From an uncultured bacterium (GTDB lineage: Bacteria; Acidobacteriota; HRBIN11; JAKEFK01), in contig CAVZQN010000004.1 of assembly GCA_963777505.1 (NCBI GenBank), forward strand, positions 1 to 64,000: a DNA stretch of 64,000 nt, written 5' to 3'. The position numbers and the translations under genes are program-made. Each line of letters begins with the position of its first letter. The first letter of the stretch is position 1. Shown here in pieces: positions 1-9,078 of the stretch. Below the pieces are notes generated by a model. That model did not search any database and was not told the DNA's origin. It saw nothing but the letters and a program-made list of their open reading frames with translations.

Positions 1-70
1 GGAGACCGAGCTCCTGCATGCGATCACGCAAAGCTTGCTCTTTTTCAAGGCTGACACCAAATGTAGTCAT
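1..70 (-). CDS. Partial (N-terminus only) peptide chain release factor-like / ArfB-type protein
   Basis: ATG at 70 gives MTTFGVSLEKEQALRDRMQELGL..., resembling the N-terminus of stand-alone RF-1 domain proteins; runs off the window, GGQ motif not visible. Confidence 0.5.
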   Translation of the reverse strand, partial: MTTFGVSLEKEQALRDRMQELGL

Positions 71-179
71 GACTACATTATATTAAGCTAATTTTTAACC
101 GCTAAGACACAGAGATTATCCCGCTCGCGACAGTTGCGTTTGGCACATGCAAGACTAATGCTATTCTTACCTATTTGTT

Positions 180-2672
180 ATGAAGCAAAAGTTTCTGTTG
201 ATAATTCTTGTTCTGCTCATTTCGATTCCGCCGGCTGGAGCAAAAATTCAGCCGCGTATTCCGGATGCTGCGACACTGCAATTGTTGATGAAACGTCTGA
301 CTGTTGTGGGCAGCGCACTCTATATTGCCGCACATCCGGATGACGAAAACACTGCCGTGCTTGGCACTCTGGCATTTGGAAGGATGGTACGGACCGCCTA
401 TCTTGCAGTGAATCGCGGTGAAGGCGGTCAAAATCTAATTGGACCGGAACAAGGTGACCTGCTTGGAGTCATTCGAACACAAGAACTCCTTGCTGCTCGT
501 AATCTTGATACGGCAGGACAATTTTTTACGCGTGCGATTGATTTTGGTTTTTCAAAAACTCCCGAAGAATCTATACAAATATGGGGCAAAGAAGACGTCC
601 TTTCCGACTTTGTCTGGGTCATTCGTAAGTTTCAACCTGACGTAATCATCTTGCGTTTCACAAGCGCAGGTGGTGGTCATGGACACCATACTGCATCCGC
701 GATTTTGGGTGAAGAAGCATTTCATGCAGCAGCCGATCCTTCAAAATTTCCAGATCAACTTCAATACGTAACTCCATGGAAAGCAAAACGGATTGTTTGG
801 AACCGTTACAACTGGCGAGGCAATCAGCCGACTGATGCAGAAAAATCATCGCTTGCAATCATGGAAGTGGGCGAATACAACTCTCTGTTAGGAAAATCTT
901 ACAGCGAGCTTGCAGGCGTTAGCCGCAGCATGCATAAGAGCCAGGGCTTTGGTGATTCAGAAGACCGTGGGCGCATTGTAAATTATTTTCAGCATGTCGC
1001 AGGAGATCCCGCAGCGAAGGATGTTTTTGACGGAATCGATTTATCCTGGAACCGGATTCCTGGAGGCCGACCTGTTGGAGAAATGTTAAACCAGGCTGCA
1101 CAAGAATTTAATCCCTCCAATCCTTCAGCAAGCATTCCTAAACTTATCAAAGCGTACGGTCTGATAAAAAAGCTGAAACAAGAACCAATTGTCATTGCAA
1201 AAAAAGATGAAGTGGCTGACGTCATACGGTATTGTGGCGGACTCTGGCTTGAGGCGATTGCTGATGATGATTCCGCGGTTCCCGGACAAAATGTTCAAGT
1301 AACTGCAAGCGCGCTGAACCGTTCTTCCTATCCGTTCAGTCTTCAAAGTGTTGAGGTAGGGGCGGGTCTTAGACCCGACCGTACAGAGAACACAATTCAG
1401 AAATCGCTCGCTCCAAACATAGCTGTTACCGAAAATCTTAATTTGAATGTTCCAGCGAATGCATCCTATTCGCAGCCTTATTGGTTGAAAGAAAAAAAAG
1501 GGAAGGGGTTTTCGCAAGTTGAAAATCAGCAGCTTGTAGGAAGAGCAGATTCTCCACCTCCGTTCCAGTCGATATTTCGTATTTCAGCAGATGGTGAGAC
1601 GTTGGAGTACTCCATTCCTGTTTTGTATCGCTGGGTTGATCCGGTAGAAGGCGAACGTTACAGAATGCTGCAGGTCATTCCAGAAGTTTCAATTCAAATT
1701 CATCATCCCGTTTCGATATTTTCCAATGGCGCACAGAATCAAATTTCTATGACACTTCAAAGTGGTTCGGCGAATGTTGCTGGAACTTTGAAATTGAACA
1801 TGCCTGCCGGTTACAAATCAATTCCGGAATCGATCCCTTTTCAATTTGCAAAAAAAGGTGACTCAGCGGATTTTACGTTTCAAGTTTCTACAACCGATAG
1901 TGCTCAATCGGGCGAAGCTGTAGCGGAAGCCGTTATGAATGGCAAAACTGTAAGCTCAGGTCTGGTTGTTATTGACTATCCACACATTTCTCCGCAGAGA
2001 GTTTTTCCCAAAGCACGAATTAAGTTTGAGCGTATCGAATTAAAAAGGAATGGCGACTCAATTGGTTATGTAATGGGATCGGGAGATCAGGTTCCTGAAT
2101 CATTACAGCAAGTTGGTTATCGCGTCGCACACCTTTCAGATGAACAACTCAAGAGTGGAGATTTATCCGCGTTTGATGCGATTGTTGTTGGAATACGTGC
2201 TTATAACACTCGCGCATCGCTAAAATCTGTTCAATCACGATTATTGAAATATGCTGAAGATGGCGGGACTCTTGTGGTTCAGTACAACACACTCGACGAA
2301 TTAGTTCTACAATCACCTGGACCATATCCGTTTCGAATTTCGCGTGACCGCGTTTCGGTTGAAGAAGCGCCGGTCACTATTTCAGATAGTTCTCACCCGT
2401 TGCTCAATACGCCGAATAAAATAACAACGACAGATTTCGAAGGTTGGGTTCAGGAAAGAGGACTATATTTTCCCGATCAATGGGATCCCAATTATCAAAC
2501 TCCACTTGCGAGTTCGGATCCGGGCGAAAGCTCCAAGGCCGGTGGGATTCTTTATACACACTATGGGAAAGGTATTTTCATTTATACGTCTTACTCATGG
2601 TTCCGTCAGTTGCCTGCGGGTGTGCCCGGGGCAGTTCGCCTTTTTGTAAATCTAGTTTCAGCACGACAATGA
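180..2672 (+). CDS. Secreted PIG-L/LmbE-family deacetylase with NEW3-like and C-terminal GATase-like domains
   Basis: Signal peptide; AHPDDE, RGEGGQN, R..E and HGHH motifs; 830 aa. Confidence 0.9.
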   Translation: MKQKFLLIILVLLISIPPAGAKIQPRIPDAATLQLLMKRLTVVGSALYIAAHPDDENTAVLGTLAFGRMVRTAYLAVNRGEGGQNLIGPEQGDLLGVIRTQELLAARNLDTAGQFFTRAIDFGFSKTPEESIQIWGKEDVLSDFVWVIRKFQPDVIILRFTSAGGGHGHHTASAILGEEAFHAAADPSKFPDQLQYVTPWKAKRIVWNRYNWRGNQPTDAEKSSLAIMEVGEYNSLLGKSYSELAGVSRSMHKSQGFGDSEDRGRIVNYFQHVAGDPAAKDVFDGIDLSWNRIPGGRPVGEMLNQAAQEFNPSNPSASIPKLIKAYGLIKKLKQEPIVIAKKDEVADVIRYCGGLWLEAIADDDSAVPGQNVQVTASALNRSSYPFSLQSVEVGAGLRPDRTENTIQKSLAPNIAVTENLNLNVPANASYSQPYWLKEKKGKGFSQVENQQLVGRADSPPPFQSIFRISADGETLEYSIPVLYRWVDPVEGERYRMLQVIPEVSIQIHHPVSIFSNGAQNQISMTLQSGSANVAGTLKLNMPAGYKSIPESIPFQFAKKGDSADFTFQVSTTDSAQSGEAVAEAVMNGKTVSSGLVVIDYPHISPQRVFPKARIKFERIELKRNGDSIGYVMGSGDQVPESLQQVGYRVAHLSDEQLKSGDLSAFDAIVVGIRAYNTRASLKSVQSRLLKYAEDGGTLVVQYNTLDELVLQSPGPYPFRISRDRVSVEEAPVTISDSSHPLLNTPNKITTTDFEGWVQERGLYFPDQWDPNYQTPLASSDPGESSKAGGILYTHYGKGIFIYTSYSWFRQLPAGVPGAVRLFVNLVSARQ
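1356..1384 (+). repeat. GTAG-type REP palindrome inside the PIG-L CDS
   Basis: GTAGGGGCGGGTCTTAGACCCGACCGTAC, near-identical to the copies at 48382-48453. Confidence 0.8.
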
Positions 2673-2818
2673 AAAAGCGTAATCAAAAGTCGAAATATTT
2701 AACAGATGATGAACCGCCGATTTTTAGTTCCTGGAAACACTGGTATTCATTCGTACTAGTTACACTGGTTGTACTCATCATTGTGTTTTACTGGTTTACA
2801 CTCGCATTCTCCGAATGA
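2669..2818 (+). CDS. Small single-TM membrane protein preceding the SSS transporter (49 aa)
   Basis: ATGA overlap with upstream stop; MKKRN...DEPPIFSSWKHWYSFVLVTLVVLIIVFYWFTLAFSE. Confidence 0.75.
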   Translation: MKKRNQKSKYLTDDEPPIFSSWKHWYSFVLVTLVVLIIVFYWFTLAFSE

Positions 2819-2825
2819 CTCACTC

Positions 2826-4538
2826 ATGAAGCCGCTTGATTGGATTGTTCTCTGCGTGTTCCTCACATTTACAGTTGTGTTTGGCATTTTTAAGGGACGC
2901 GGAAGCAAAAACATCCGATCGTACATGCTTGCCGATAAAACGATGCCCTGGTATGCGGTTGGTCTTTCGATTATGGCAACGCAGGCAAGCGCAATTACGT
3001 TTCTGTCGACAACAGGGCAGGCATATAGCGATGGTATGCGCTTTGTTCAATTTTATTTCGGACTTCCAATTGCGATGGTAATTTTGGCGGCCGTTGCTGT
3101 TCCGATTTTTCACAGACTGAATGTTTATACAGCTTATGAATTTTTGGAAAAACGATTTGATTTGAAAACTCGTGTGCTAACTGGATTTATTTTTCTGATC
3201 ATGCGCGGGCTCAGTGCCGGCCTTACGCTGTATGCACCTGCCTTGATTTTATCTGTCGTACTTGGTTGGGACATTCGATTGACTTTACGTCTGACAGGTT
3301 TAATCGTCATCACTTACATCGCAATCGGTGGAGTAAAGGGAGTGAACTGGAACGATTTTCAGCAATTTCTGATAGTGATGACCGGGATGGTGGTCGCCTG
3401 CATCATGACAGTCTATCTCTTACCGAAAGAAGTTTCTTTTCTTGACGCAGTTCATGTAGCTGGAGCTTCTGGAAGACTGAATGTAGTCGATTTTTCTTTT
3501 GATCTGCAAAACAGATACACGTTTTGGTCCGGATTAATCGGAGGGATGTTTGTAGCGCTTGCATATTTTGGAACAGATCAATCGCAAGTCCAGCGTTATC
3601 TTACCGGACGTTCGATTGCACACAGCAAAATGGGATTGCTCTTTAACGGGCTTGCAAAGGTTCCAATGCAATTCTTTATTCTCTTTACAGGGGCTATGGT
3701 TTTTGTTTTTTATCAGTTCATCGCACCGCCTCTTTTCTTCAATAATGAAGAAGTTGATCGTATACGATCCAGTTCAAATGGGCAGGAGTTTCAACGTATC
3801 GAAAAGCAATATGAAGATGCATTGAAGGAAAGAACTGCAGTCGCCAGTAAATACGTAAACGCCAGACAGGTTGCAGATCCAATCGCTCAATCTCAAGCTC
3901 GTCACGAGTTGCTTCGGGCTCAAGAAAATGCAGAAGCTGTCAGGAAAAGCGGAATTGCCTTAATGGAAAAAACGAATCCTGGCATGAATCCAAATGATAC
4001 AAATTACGTTTTTCTTACGTTTGTAACGCAATATCTGCCAGCAGGTTTAGTTGGTTTGCTGATCATCGTTGTATTTGCTTCAACAATGGCGGCTTCATCT
4101 TCAGAACTCAATGCTTTAGCCACTGCTACGATTGTGGATGTCTACAAACGCTTGATCAAAAAAGACGCATCCGAAAAACACTATTTGGTTGCATCGCGTC
4201 TGGCAAGTGTTGCTTGGGGACTGTTTGCTATAACTCTAGCTGAACGCGCTAGCAGGCTGGGAACACTTGTCGAAGCAGTGAATATTCTGGGTTCTGTTTT
4301 TTACGGAACAGTTCTTGGAGTATTCGTACTCGCATTCTTTTTCAAATCTGTAAAAGGAACAGCCGTTTTTTGGGGAGCTATTTGCGGACAGCTGTTAGTG
4401 CTATATCTTTATAAAAATACGAATATTGTTTACTTGTGGTATAACGTTTTCGGCTGCTTTGCCGTTGTTGTAACTGCGCTTTTAACAAATATATTTATTC
4501 GAAAGAAAAACAGAAAAGTGGAGGGTCAAAATGAGTAG
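2826..4538 (+). CDS. Sodium:solute symporter (SSS family)
   Basis: ATQASAITF and GTDQSQVQRYL motifs, many TM helices; start moved to MKPLDW. Confidence 0.92.
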   Translation: MKPLDWIVLCVFLTFTVVFGIFKGRGSKNIRSYMLADKTMPWYAVGLSIMATQASAITFLSTTGQAYSDGMRFVQFYFGLPIAMVILAAVAVPIFHRLNVYTAYEFLEKRFDLKTRVLTGFIFLIMRGLSAGLTLYAPALILSVVLGWDIRLTLRLTGLIVITYIAIGGVKGVNWNDFQQFLIVMTGMVVACIMTVYLLPKEVSFLDAVHVAGASGRLNVVDFSFDLQNRYTFWSGLIGGMFVALAYFGTDQSQVQRYLTGRSIAHSKMGLLFNGLAKVPMQFFILFTGAMVFVFYQFIAPPLFFNNEEVDRIRSSSNGQEFQRIEKQYEDALKERTAVASKYVNARQVADPIAQSQARHELLRAQENAEAVRKSGIALMEKTNPGMNPNDTNYVFLTFVTQYLPAGLVGLLIIVVFASTMAASSSELNALATATIVDVYKRLIKKDASEKHYLVASRLASVAWGLFAITLAERASRLGTLVEAVNILGSVFYGTVLGVFVLAFFFKSVKGTAVFWGAICGQLLVLYLYKNTNIVYLWYNVFGCFAVVVTALLTNIFIRKKNRKVEGQNE

Positions 4539-4920
4539 AAAAATACTAATTGCCGCAGTGGCAATCGCATTCTCATGTGCACTCTTTCTATCAGGATATG
4601 TTGCAGGGAAAGATAGCATCGAAATGCCTACCAGTGTCATTCACCATGTGACGTTGAAATGGAAAGAAGGAACAACTGATGCAGACAAGCAAAAAGCTTT
4701 GGATGGTCTAAAGGAAATTGTCTCTACGACCGAAGGCGCAAAAACCATATGGATGAAATCATTGAAGATTCAGCCACGCGAATATAGTCAGACATTTGTA
4801 GTCGAATTTGAAAGTGAGGCGGCTTTAAAGGCGTATGCTGAACATCCAAAGAAAAAGGAATGGGATGAATTTTATTACAAAATCCGGGAAACGAGTTTAA
4901 ATAGCGTCACCACGAACTAG
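4531..4920 (+). CDS. Dabb (stress-responsive A/B barrel) family protein with signal peptide
   Basis: HHVTLKWK...FVVEFESEAALKAYAEHP pattern. Confidence 0.8.
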   Translation: MSRKILIAAVAIAFSCALFLSGYVAGKDSIEMPTSVIHHVTLKWKEGTTDADKQKALDGLKEIVSTTEGAKTIWMKSLKIQPREYSQTFVVEFESEAALKAYAEHPKKKEWDEFYYKIRETSLNSVTTN

Positions 4921-6893
4921 TTTCCCTGCGCCTTTGCGGTAACACTTTTGCAAATTCTGGCGAAGACAAACGCCAGAACTGCAAATGCAGCCAGACCGAC
5001 AAATGGCGCAGCATCTCCGGCCCATTCCGGTCCAATGCCTTTAGGTCTGCTTTTGTAATAAAACGCAACGGCGGCTATTGCAACACCCAGGAGGCCTTCT
5101 CCGCCAACAAGGCCCGAACCAAAAAGGATTCCATGTTCGCGTCGTTCGGAGGCTTCTTCTGTCGAACGTGATGTTCGTTCCATGATTATCCTGAGCAATC
5201 CGCCGAGAAATATTGGAACCATCGTGCTTACAGGTAGATAAACTCCAACTGCAAATGCGAGACTTGGAAGTTTGAAAAGTTCAACAACAATCGTAATTCC
5301 TGCGCCGATGGCGACAAGAGTCCACGGTAATGAATGTTGCAACACACCTTCAATGACTAGTTTCATTAATGTAGCTTGCGGTGCCGATAAATCCTTCGTT
5401 CCAAAACCGTAGGTTTGATCCAGCATGATGACTGCTGCACAAACAAAGCCTGCAGAAGTAATGACGCCGATGAGCTGACCCCATTGCTGGCTGATCGGAG
5501 TAGCGCCAAGAAGAAATCCTGTTTTCAAATCTTGAGAAGTATCACCAGCAATCGATGCAGCAATTGCAACAACACAACCGACAGTCAAAGCCGCAGCTTT
5601 ACCTGCATCATCAGTCCAACCAAAGAGCAAAAAAACTGTTGATGTTACGAGCAATGACGCAATTGTCATTCCGCTTGTAGGATTCGAAGTAACACCGACA
5701 AGACCCACAATTCTTGAAGAAACCACAACAAAAAAGAATGCAAGAACTGCAATCAATATTGATCCGATAAAACGGATAAAGAAATTATCTAAATGTCCAA
5801 ACGCGTGAGGAAATATGGTAAGCAAAAGAATTACAATCAATCCACCGATCGCGATTGTTGATAATGGAAGATCACGCGATGTCCGTTCAGTAAGAACCGC
5901 CTTTTTTTCTAATTGTTCGCGAAATTGTTTTGCTCCCATCTTAAAAGAAGAAATCATCGTTGGAATGCTGCGGATCAGAGTGAAAATTCCTGCCGTTGCA
6001 ACAGCACCCGCTCCGATATAGCGAACGTACCGGCTCCAAAGTTCTCCAGGTGTCATTTCCGAAATTCTTTTTACAGTTTCCGGGAAAAATGGTTCAATCC
6101 GGCCTTCACCCCAGTATGCAATTGCGGGGATAATTACAAGAGAAGAAAGTAATCCGCCGCCAACCATCACTGCTCCAACGCGAGGACCAAGAATATATCC
6201 AACACCAAACAAGGCTGCGGATAATTCCATTCCTATCTGGCCTTTCTTCAAAAATGGAACTTTGAAATGAACGTCTGATGGAATCACTCGGATCCATGCC
6301 GTAATTAATTTGAAGAAAGCACCAAAGCCAAGTCCCAGAAAAACGTTGCGCGCTTGACTTCCTCCGATCTGACTTGCAACAAGCACTTCAGCGCATGCCG
6401 TACCCTCTGGATAGGGAAGCTTTCCATGTTCACGTTCAATTAAGAATTGACGCAGCGGAATCATGAACAATGTCCCCAGAACACCGCCCATCATTGCCAG
6501 GAATGTCATTTGCACAAACGTAGGATCAAGCTCCCATAAGAAAAGTGCAGGTAATGTAAATATGACTCCGCTAGCTACTGAACTGGATGCTGAGCCGATT
6601 GTCTGCGACATGTTCGATTCCAGGATCGTACTCTTTCGTCCCATCGCTTGAAGCACACGGAATGCCGCAACAGTCATGACTGCTATCGGGATTGATGTAG
6701 ATATTGTCAGACCAACCCGCAATCCGAGATACGCATTTGCTGCGCCAAATAAAATTCCAAAGATTACACCTGCTGCAATTGCTTTGAATGTAAATTCTGC
6801 GGGGCTTTCAGTTCGTGATACGTAAGGTTGTAATCTTTGGCCTTCAGGAATCGGTTCGTATGCTTGTTTGCCTAAACCTTTTTTGTCTTCCAT
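4917..6893 (-). CDS. OPT-family oligopeptide transporter
   Basis: NAYLGLRVG, LPYPEGTACAEVL, QDLKTG and APQATLM motifs. Confidence 0.92.
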   Translation of the reverse strand: MEDKKGLGKQAYEPIPEGQRLQPYVSRTESPAEFTFKAIAAGVIFGILFGAANAYLGLRVGLTISTSIPIAVMTVAAFRVLQAMGRKSTILESNMSQTIGSASSSVASGVIFTLPALFLWELDPTFVQMTFLAMMGGVLGTLFMIPLRQFLIEREHGKLPYPEGTACAEVLVASQIGGSQARNVFLGLGFGAFFKLITAWIRVIPSDVHFKVPFLKKGQIGMELSAALFGVGYILGPRVGAVMVGGGLLSSLVIIPAIAYWGEGRIEPFFPETVKRISEMTPGELWSRYVRYIGAGAVATAGIFTLIRSIPTMISSFKMGAKQFREQLEKKAVLTERTSRDLPLSTIAIGGLIVILLLTIFPHAFGHLDNFFIRFIGSILIAVLAFFFVVVSSRIVGLVGVTSNPTSGMTIASLLVTSTVFLLFGWTDDAGKAAALTVGCVVAIAASIAGDTSQDLKTGFLLGATPISQQWGQLIGVITSAGFVCAAVIMLDQTYGFGTKDLSAPQATLMKLVIEGVLQHSLPWTLVAIGAGITIVVELFKLPSLAFAVGVYLPVSTMVPIFLGGLLRIIMERTSRSTEEASERREHGILFGSGLVGGEGLLGVAIAAVAFYYKSRPKGIGPEWAGDAAPFVGLAAFAVLAFVFARICKSVTAKAQGN

Positions 6894-6919
6894 CGTCTTT
6901 GCAGTTCAATACTAACATC

Positions 6920-8293
6920 TTAATCGCGAAGAATAATTGCCTTGATTGTAGGTAATGGACCCCTGGATAACGAATCAAACCAAAACTGCACAGGGCTGGT
7001 TCCATTCCCATGTGTTAAATATTGTTGCCTCGCTGAATAAAGAAGCTCAACCGGCGTATGGCGGCATTTGTCATTCTGAAGCATTGTTCTGCCTTCCGGG
7101 TACGCAGTATTAATGAAGAACGCGTTAAAAAGAATAAAAGTCCACAGTGCACACAGGATCGCAGGTACGAAGTAGAAACGTCTTAACTTCAGATGCAACT
7201 CGTAAAGTCCGATTACCCAAAATAAAAAAAGATGTGTGACAAATCTCAATCCGAAAGAACATCCACCCCACCAGTTTGGTTGGAACTGTATGCTGAGAAG
7301 CACCGTCAAAATCGCGATCAGTGAGATAACAGGTACAGGTTTGCGAGCTATACAGCCAAGAACAAGACCAGTTACCGCTAATACTGTGATCGGAGTCCAG
7401 ATGAACATTCCAGCCCATGGATGAAACAGCATCTCGGTGAGAAAGCTGTACTCTGTCTGTACCCTGTAACCGGTTGCGAAAATTTTTCCGTATTGCGATA
7501 CATTGAAATTTATTTGCACAATCGCCAACGGAAGTGCGGCAATAACTATTTCAAGCAGTGTTACAGCCGCTCTTTTCAATCCATCGTTTCTTTGGAGGAA
7601 AAGCAATCCACCGACCGCAGGAAAAATTAATACGATATTGTTGTTGCGAAGAAGAATCGATAGTGCAAGTGCAATTCCGACAAGTACATTTCTGACGTGG
7701 AAGCTCCACTGATTTGATTTCCCTTTCATGAATACGAGAAAGAATATTGCCGTTGCAAGAAAGGAGTCAGCCGCGTGACTGTATGAAGGCATCACAAATG
7801 TGTAAAACATCAATGGAGTTCCTACAAAAACTAAAGCGATGATGAACAACGATATCCAGGGTGTCGAACCGTAATCTTTCAGAAAAAAGAGAGCAGCGAA
7901 CAAAGTGAGCAAGACAAGAGTGAATGATCCGATAAAGACACCAAAAGCATGAACGAAAGGGAACTCCTTATTCTGCGCATATGGCTGCCAGGTCCCAAGC
8001 GAAGGAAACCACTTTCCTAAATGCTCAGCGAATGTGACAAATGGCGCGTAGACAATAGCGAAACCGCAGGAGTAAAGAGACGCACGCTTTGCGGTGACGG
8101 GATTGAATGGAGCCATCACGTTTTTGATTTGCTGTTTCTGATTTTCTAAATCGAAATCGTGATCTCGTAAAAGACTGACTGTTAGTGCATAGTACGTTAC
8201 CCCATCCCCGGCGATGATAATCCTGCCAAAAAGAAGAGCGAATACGCAAAAGATCAAAACCAGAACAATCAGTGCCCATCGTTGTGAATTCAT
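6920..8293 (-). CDS. GT-C fold membrane glycosyltransferase-like protein
   Basis: GDGVTYY acidic loop after first TM, polytopic, WWGG.SFGLRF motif. Confidence 0.65.
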   Translation of the reverse strand: MNSQRWALIVLVLIFCVFALLFGRIIIAGDGVTYYALTVSLLRDHDFDLENQKQQIKNVMAPFNPVTAKRASLYSCGFAIVYAPFVTFAEHLGKWFPSLGTWQPYAQNKEFPFVHAFGVFIGSFTLVLLTLFAALFFLKDYGSTPWISLFIIALVFVGTPLMFYTFVMPSYSHAADSFLATAIFFLVFMKGKSNQWSFHVRNVLVGIALALSILLRNNNIVLIFPAVGGLLFLQRNDGLKRAAVTLLEIVIAALPLAIVQINFNVSQYGKIFATGYRVQTEYSFLTEMLFHPWAGMFIWTPITVLAVTGLVLGCIARKPVPVISLIAILTVLLSIQFQPNWWGGCSFGLRFVTHLFLFWVIGLYELHLKLRRFYFVPAILCALWTFILFNAFFINTAYPEGRTMLQNDKCRHTPVELLYSARQQYLTHGNGTSPVQFWFDSLSRGPLPTIKAIILRD

Positions 8294-8366
8294 ATGGAAT
8301 TCTTTGGGGCATTATACTTTGAGAATCCTCAGGCAGATGTAAGTGGAAGAAGGATGACTGATGTAA

Positions 8367-9029
8367 TTAGTTGCCGGCAGCAGAGGGCTCAATTCTCAAA
8401 TTCATAAAATCTCCGCCTGATCCATCTCCGACCCAGAGTCCAACTAAACCTTCTTTTACGGTACTAAGCCGGGAAACATCCAGCGCAGGTTTATTCATGT
8501 CGCCTGCAAATCCCTGAACGCGATCAGCGGTGACGATGAGCTTAAGATCAACCCAGTCATTTGGGTTCAAACCGTTACGGACGCTCTTTTCAAATTCTTC
8601 CGGACGGTCACTTCTGAGTTTTTGCCACGTAAAATCAGGATGCGCTACATATTGAATTGCATGTGAATGCCTGACAGGATCTTTCGATTGAAAGTTAAAT
8701 GGTCGTAAGTAAACGGCTTCATATTTAGTATTATCCGCGCCAAGAAAAGCGATCCCAACGAAACTCTTTTGAAAAACATCCTTTCCTCGCACTTGAACTT
8801 CAATTCTTCCAGTGCTGAACTTCACATCTGGAATCCAGAGAAGCCCTTGTCCTGAATCTTCGCTCATCCTTAAAAAGCGTAATGAGTTTTCCTCAACGAC
8901 AGTTCCGGAGCGATTGATAACATTCTTTGAAAGTGAAATTAAGTCTGGCTTAATTTCCGAGGGATCTGCAAAATTAAGATTTCCATGCAAAAAAACAAAA
9001 AGCACTGTTAGGTAGAGTAGACTTTTCAT
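8367..9029 (-). CDS. Secreted DUF1080-like (concanavalin-like fold) protein
   Basis: Signal peptide; FVGIAF, YEAVYLRPFN, GLVGLWV motifs. Confidence 0.55.
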   Translation of the reverse strand: MKSLLYLTVLFVFLHGNLNFADPSEIKPDLISLSKNVINRSGTVVEENSLRFLRMSEDSGQGLLWIPDVKFSTGRIEVQVRGKDVFQKSFVGIAFLGADNTKYEAVYLRPFNFQSKDPVRHSHAIQYVAHPDFTWQKLRSDRPEEFEKSVRNGLNPNDWVDLKLIVTADRVQGFAGDMNKPALDVSRLSTVKEGLVGLWVGDGSGGDFMNLRIEPSAAGN

Positions 9030-9078
9030 GATCCGTGATTCTATCCGAGATCGGACAATTGTGTCTTGGACGTTCTTG

